Shown here piece by piece: positions 60,612 through 64,000 of a stretch of 64,000 nt of DNA. The stretch covers positions 1,504,001-1,568,000 of the forward strand of contig OZ255836.1 in assembly GCA_965277715.1 (NCBI GenBank), written 5' to 3'. Origin of the DNA: Gammaproteobacteria bacterium (GTDB lineage: Bacteria; Pseudomonadota; Gammaproteobacteria; JBCCGL01). The stretch's first letter is position 1. Each line of letters opens with the position of its first letter. The notes under the pieces are model-generated. The model was not told the DNA's origin, did not search any database, and worked only from the letters and a program-made list of their open reading frames with translations. Position numbers and translations under genes: made by a program.

Positions 60612-61425
60612 TATCCCAACGCTTAACGAGCTGGCGGACAACGCGTTACACCACCTGCAATCTGCTTTTACAGACGCGACACAAGGCGACGCAGCAGCGA
60701 GCGCATTGGCATTGCAAAATAATAAGGTGATCGCGTTCGTCAATGCCGTGGGTGTGCACAGCGCGTATCAGTATTTGCGTGACCATATTGCGCCTCAGCA
60801 AGTACCCATCACGAGCAGCGGCAATTTTCTGAACGCTTGGTTGTCGACATACGGTATGCAACGCAAAGCGGGAGAGACAGACGGACAGGCTATAGCCCGA
60901 TTGCAGCACAGGTTGAGTAACCCACCTATGGGGGGCGCCCCTCACGACTATGTGCAGTGGGCGCTCAGTATCGAAGGTATAACACGGGCCTGGTGTATTC
61001 GTAATATAGCTGGGTCATGCACCGTCGGCGTCATTGTGATGACGGACGGAGTCGCCAATCACGGCTTACCTGACGCGACTCATTTGCAGGCAGTCCGGGA
61101 TTATATTTTAAACCCGGCGCGCGGCCCAGCTGATGAGTTGTTCGTCCTCGCGCCTGAACCTATTTACATCGATATAACCCTGCGCTTAACGCCTGACACG
61201 CCCGCTAATCGCCAGGCAGTTGACCTCGAATTACGTGATCTATTCTTTAGAGAAGGCGACCTAGGTGCCGACATACCGCATAGCCATTTGGCCGAGGCGG
61301 TGGCTGTCTCTGGTACGGAGTATGACCACGAATTCATCACGCCGCAGATTACCAGCGGTGGCGCCTTTAGCGTCCCGGATCGCGGTATCGCAATACTGCG
61401 CAATGTGAGTTTCGCCAATGGATAG
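60604..61425 (+). CDS. Baseplate J-like protein (gp47), short form
   Basis: IPTL, PPMGGAPHDYVQWA, GITRAW; 273 aa. Confidence 0.85.
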   Translation: MPNIPTLNELADNALHHLQSAFTDATQGDAAASALALQNNKVIAFVNAVGVHSAYQYLRDHIAPQQVPITSSGNFLNAWLSTYGMQRKAGETDGQAIARLQHRLSNPPMGGAPHDYVQWALSIEGITRAWCIRNIAGSCTVGVIVMTDGVANHGLPDATHLQAVRDYILNPARGPADELFVLAPEPIYIDITLRLTPDTPANRQAVDLELRDLFFREGDLGADIPHSHLAEAVAVSGTEYDHEFITPQITSGGAFSVPDRGIAILRNVSFANG

Positions 61426-61963
61426 TTTACAGCAGCAGTTCTATCGTGCGCTCAAACAGCTACTGCCGACGGGCTGGGCCTGGCCGACAGATCCACTCTC
61501 AAACGTACAACGAACGATTCGCGGCATCGCCGGGCTGTTCGCAGACCAACACCGCGCAGTGAATGACGAATTCAACGAAGGCTTGCCGCACAAGACCACC
61601 ACGAGGATTGATGTTTGGGAGCAAGCAACCGGGCTACCTGATAGTTGCCTGGGCTTTGCGCCGAGTTTGGTCAGCCGACGCCAAGCAATCACTGCCAGGC
61701 TACAGGCGCCTCACGCGGGGTTGACTTATGACAACAGCAGCTCAGGCGCACCGGCTACGCTCGCGGTTATTTGCAACAACGCGGGTTTCAACGTCGCAAT
61801 AGAGCCGTACAACCCATTCCGCGCTGGGCACCGTTGCGGCGGTAGATTGGGGAGGAACGGGCGGATAACAGTGTTGGATAAATCACAAGGAGGGCGGCCG
61901 CTACGCTGCTTACTTAATCGGATCGTCCCGGCGCGATTTGCACTATCTATCGTCGAGCAATAA
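61418..61963 (+). CDS. YmfQ/DUF2313 (gp48-like) baseplate protein
   Basis: LKQLLPTGWAW, WEQATGLPD, LRCLLNRIVPA. Confidence 0.85.
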   Translation: MDSLQQQFYRALKQLLPTGWAWPTDPLSNVQRTIRGIAGLFADQHRAVNDEFNEGLPHKTTTRIDVWEQATGLPDSCLGFAPSLVSRRQAITARLQAPHAGLTYDNSSSGAPATLAVICNNAGFNVAIEPYNPFRAGHRCGGRLGRNGRITVLDKSQGGRPLRCLLNRIVPARFALSIVEQ

Positions 61964-62010
61964 CCCCTAAACCAGCGCGTTGGCGTGTAGCGCCAGCGGA
62001 ACGACAATCC

Positions 62011-62037
62011 GCCTGACTTTTGTTGTTAGGCATTTTT
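62011..62037 (+). terminator. Terminator-like hairpin
   Basis: GCCTGAC-loop-GTTAGGC followed by ATTTTT. Confidence 0.5.
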
Positions 62038-62050
62038 AGGAGAAACGGCT

Positions 62051-62320
62051 ATGCCGAAAGCAACCAAAAAACCCGTAACAATTGATTTTATAGAGTGGAC
62101 TGGCGACAACTTGCTTGATGTTATTAGGTTTACCGGACAGCACGCGAGCGCAATGGATGATTATTGCAACCTTGTTAAGCGTGACGGATTAAAAATATTC
62201 ACGCTCGAAGGGAAAATGAGCGCAGATATTGGTGACATAATTATCAAGGGCGTGAAGGGCGAGCACTACCCATGCAAGCCAGATATTTTTGCAGCCACCT
62301 ATGACGTAGTGGATGCCTAA
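62051..62320 (+). CDS. Small widespread-type phage protein
   Basis: KKPV..., TLEG, GDIIIKGVKGEHYPCKPDIF; SD AGGAG. Confidence 0.8.
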   Translation: MPKATKKPVTIDFIEWTGDNLLDVIRFTGQHASAMDDYCNLVKRDGLKIFTLEGKMSADIGDIIIKGVKGEHYPCKPDIFAATYDVVDA

Positions 62321-62323
62321 CAC

Positions 62324-62671
62324 ATGAATTACACTTACAGCATCGACTATGTCACACATGCAGGCACAGGGCAGCGGATGCACACAGATACCGCCGCGAT
62401 ACCGACGGTATGGAGCGCCGCCGACGCCAACAGCGTGATGTGGTCGCTTTCAGAGGTGGTGAAGGCGGCAGGTATGCAGGGGGGGCAATTCAACGCGGAT
62501 GATCCGGGTAGCTACAGCGTCTTCCTAAACGCCCTACGCGCATTATTTCTAAGCGACGCGGACTTGCTTTGTCAGTTCATCGACTTGGCTATCGCTATTC
62601 AAGCTGTCCACAATGAACAGCTGACACAGCGCTTTGAACTTAACGAAATTCAAAAAAGAGGCATATTATGA
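62324..62671 (+). CDS. Tail fibre N-terminal (baseplate-attachment)-like protein
   Basis: PTVWSAADANSVMWSLSEVVKAAG resembles Mu-like fibre N-termini. Confidence 0.6.
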   Translation: MNYTYSIDYVTHAGTGQRMHTDTAAIPTVWSAADANSVMWSLSEVVKAAGMQGGQFNADDPGSYSVFLNALRALFLSDADLLCQFIDLAIAIQAVHNEQLTQRFELNEIQKRGIL

Positions 62672-63288
62672 GTGACACTGCACAAATAGCGCAGCTTATA
62701 AGCACATACAGCGCCGGGCACCAGACGTTGCTCGATTTTTCCAACAGCCTCGACACGAGAGTGTTGGCAGCTGAGGCAAAGTTCGACGCCTGGCGTCAAG
62801 ACCGCGACGTGATCGGCACACATGACGCGCATGGCACATGGCGGTATTCGATTTTCCAGGGGCTACTTTACAGCACCGGTGGGGTTGAAGGTTTGGGCGC
62901 GATTGGCTATCAGGATTTTGCTAGTGGTGACATCGAGGCTGGTCGATCAAATGACATTTATCTACACTTCCGCACGCCTATGAACGTAGCGGCAACCGGG
63001 GGAATGTTTCACTTTCACATCAGAGGCTACGCCTACGGCGCTGTGACTATATTGGATGAGCACTTCGTCGGATTCTGTTACCCAGCAGGTCTCATTCAAA
63101 CGAACTTCAGTGGCAACATGAACCCCCACGCGTATCGCGGTTCTGATGACTCGATCTATTTGAGAGTGTTTTTCCCAACAACTTACCAAGTGACGCTATG
63201 TATCGATACACAAAAAGTCGGGTCAGCGGGGATCTCGTTCCCGTCGGGCAGTCTTCACGCCATAGCTTCAACGGAGGCAGAACTATGA
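62668..63288 (+). CDS. Putative short receptor-binding/tail protein
   Basis: N-terminal coiled coil plus a beta-rich C-terminal domain; ATGA-coupled. Confidence 0.55.
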   Translation: MSDTAQIAQLISTYSAGHQTLLDFSNSLDTRVLAAEAKFDAWRQDRDVIGTHDAHGTWRYSIFQGLLYSTGGVEGLGAIGYQDFASGDIEAGRSNDIYLHFRTPMNVAATGGMFHFHIRGYAYGAVTILDEHFVGFCYPAGLIQTNFSGNMNPHAYRGSDDSIYLRVFFPTTYQVTLCIDTQKVGSAGISFPSGSLHAIASTEAEL

Positions 63289-63806
63289 ATATACCAATCC
63301 TCGTCGTGGGCGTTCCTTTAGTTTTTATCGCTTCACCCTCGGAGTACGAAGCAGCACGCGAACGACTAATTAATGATGGCGTACCCCCTGGAAACATTGA
63401 ACTCTCTTTGAGCGGCGTCATTGCCTGGGGTCGTAACGCAATCAGTGGGTACGCAAGTGAAATTAGGGCGAAATTAGCATCGAATGTCGACGCGTACACA
63501 CTCGCTGGATGGGCAGACAAATCACAGCGTGCGTACAGGGTAATATCGGGGACAAACACCGATGCTGACATCGCCATTTTAACCGAAGAAGCTGAGGCGC
63601 GACAGAAGGGCGAGACGCCACAAGATCTCGCGGCGAAACAAGCGGCCAAGGCGGCAGCATTAGCAAACGCAGCTGCGATAATCGACGGCTTGGAGTCGTC
63701 GGCGCTGAGCGTCATCGATGCGGCAACGACACCTGGTGACGTCATCAAATCACTGTCGGCGCTACGAAACAAAGCTGAGTCAGCGCTCGAAAATCTGAAG
63801 AACTGA
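63285..63806 (+). CDS. Putative tail fibre assembly protein
   Basis: LTEEAEAR.KGET..DLA...IIDGL; last phage gene. Confidence 0.55.
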   Translation: MNIPILVVGVPLVFIASPSEYEAARERLINDGVPPGNIELSLSGVIAWGRNAISGYASEIRAKLASNVDAYTLAGWADKSQRAYRVISGTNTDADIAILTEEAEARQKGETPQDLAAKQAAKAAALANAAAIIDGLESSALSVIDAATTPGDVIKSLSALRNKAESALENLKN

Positions 63807-63820
63807 AAGTTCCTATAAAT

Positions 63821-63871
63821 TATCGTCTTATTTTAAACGTTAATTTGTCGCATTTTAAACGTCGCGCTACA
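63821..63871 (-). repeat. Prophage right end with two tandem transposase sites at 22-bp spacing
   Basis: Minus strand reads TGTAGCGCG-ACGTTTAAAATGCGACAAATTA-ACGTTTAAAATAAGACGATA. Confidence 0.85.
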
Positions 63872-64000
63872 TTTATGTGTGCCAGGTACGACTTCCAGGG
63901 GGCCGTTTTCTTCAGTGACATCATCGATAAAAAATAGCACAGTTATCATGTCATCATTGGTATGGGGTTCAAACAAAAAATCCTGATGATATTTAACCTG
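63872..64000 (-). pseudogene. PhyH-family dioxygenase, upstream part (split by the prophage)
   Basis: QVKYHQDFLFEPHTNDD...ENGPLEVVPGTHK contains the HxD motif and continues into GPLYEHW at 29379. Confidence 0.9.

Larger units (their letters stand above)
29385..63871. mobile_element. Complete transposable (Mu-like) prophage with contractile tail, 34,487 bp
   Basis: TGTAG...CTACA ends; TTTAT duplicated at 29380-29384 and 63872-63876; DDE transposase, MuB-like ATPase, Ner, Gam, GemA, Mor, head and tail genes. Confidence 0.96.

Noticed and set aside
61986-61993. TGTAGCGC, matching the phage right terminus, here and at 30146
   Set aside because: An 8-mer is expected about once by chance in 34 kb on two strands, and no transposase-binding motif follows either copy
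29385-63871. Tn7-like/CAST element, tailocin or diversity-generating retroelement
   Set aside because: No TniQ, Cas or reverse transcriptase and no template/variable repeat pair were seen; full head and packaging genes make it a phage

Overview
This window looks like the chromosome of a gammaproteobacterium (inferred from its gene content) and falls into two halves. Positions 1-29.4 kb are host DNA. They hold two clusters of decayed IS elements (IS3, IS66, IS4, IS5-like) flanking a MoxR/vWA/BatD operon and an SDR gene, followed by acpH, moeB, gatCAB, a stand-alone core MetE-like methyltransferase and an Rpn-family nuclease with a 12-bp tandem repeat. There is also an aruH-aruI arginine transaminase operon extended by a cysteine hydrolase and a pentein (deiminase-like) gene. 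Positions 29385-63871 are a complete 34,487-bp transposable (Mu-like) prophage with a contractile tail. It has TGT...ACA ends, repeated transposase-binding sites and a 5-bp TTTAT target duplication, and it splits a PhyH-family dioxygenase gene. Its layout is unusual: the repressor is central, the early, packaging, lysis and MuF genes run leftward, and the capsid and tail genes run rightward. Each late arm starts exactly 35 nt after a CCGGGAA-N4-TTCCCGG dyad, apparently as leaderless mRNA. The lysis cassette carries a class-3 lipase where spanins would be expected, and a structured non-coding segment follows a MuF gene with a toxin-like C-terminal extension. All functional calls come from motif recognition by eye; no database searches were run.
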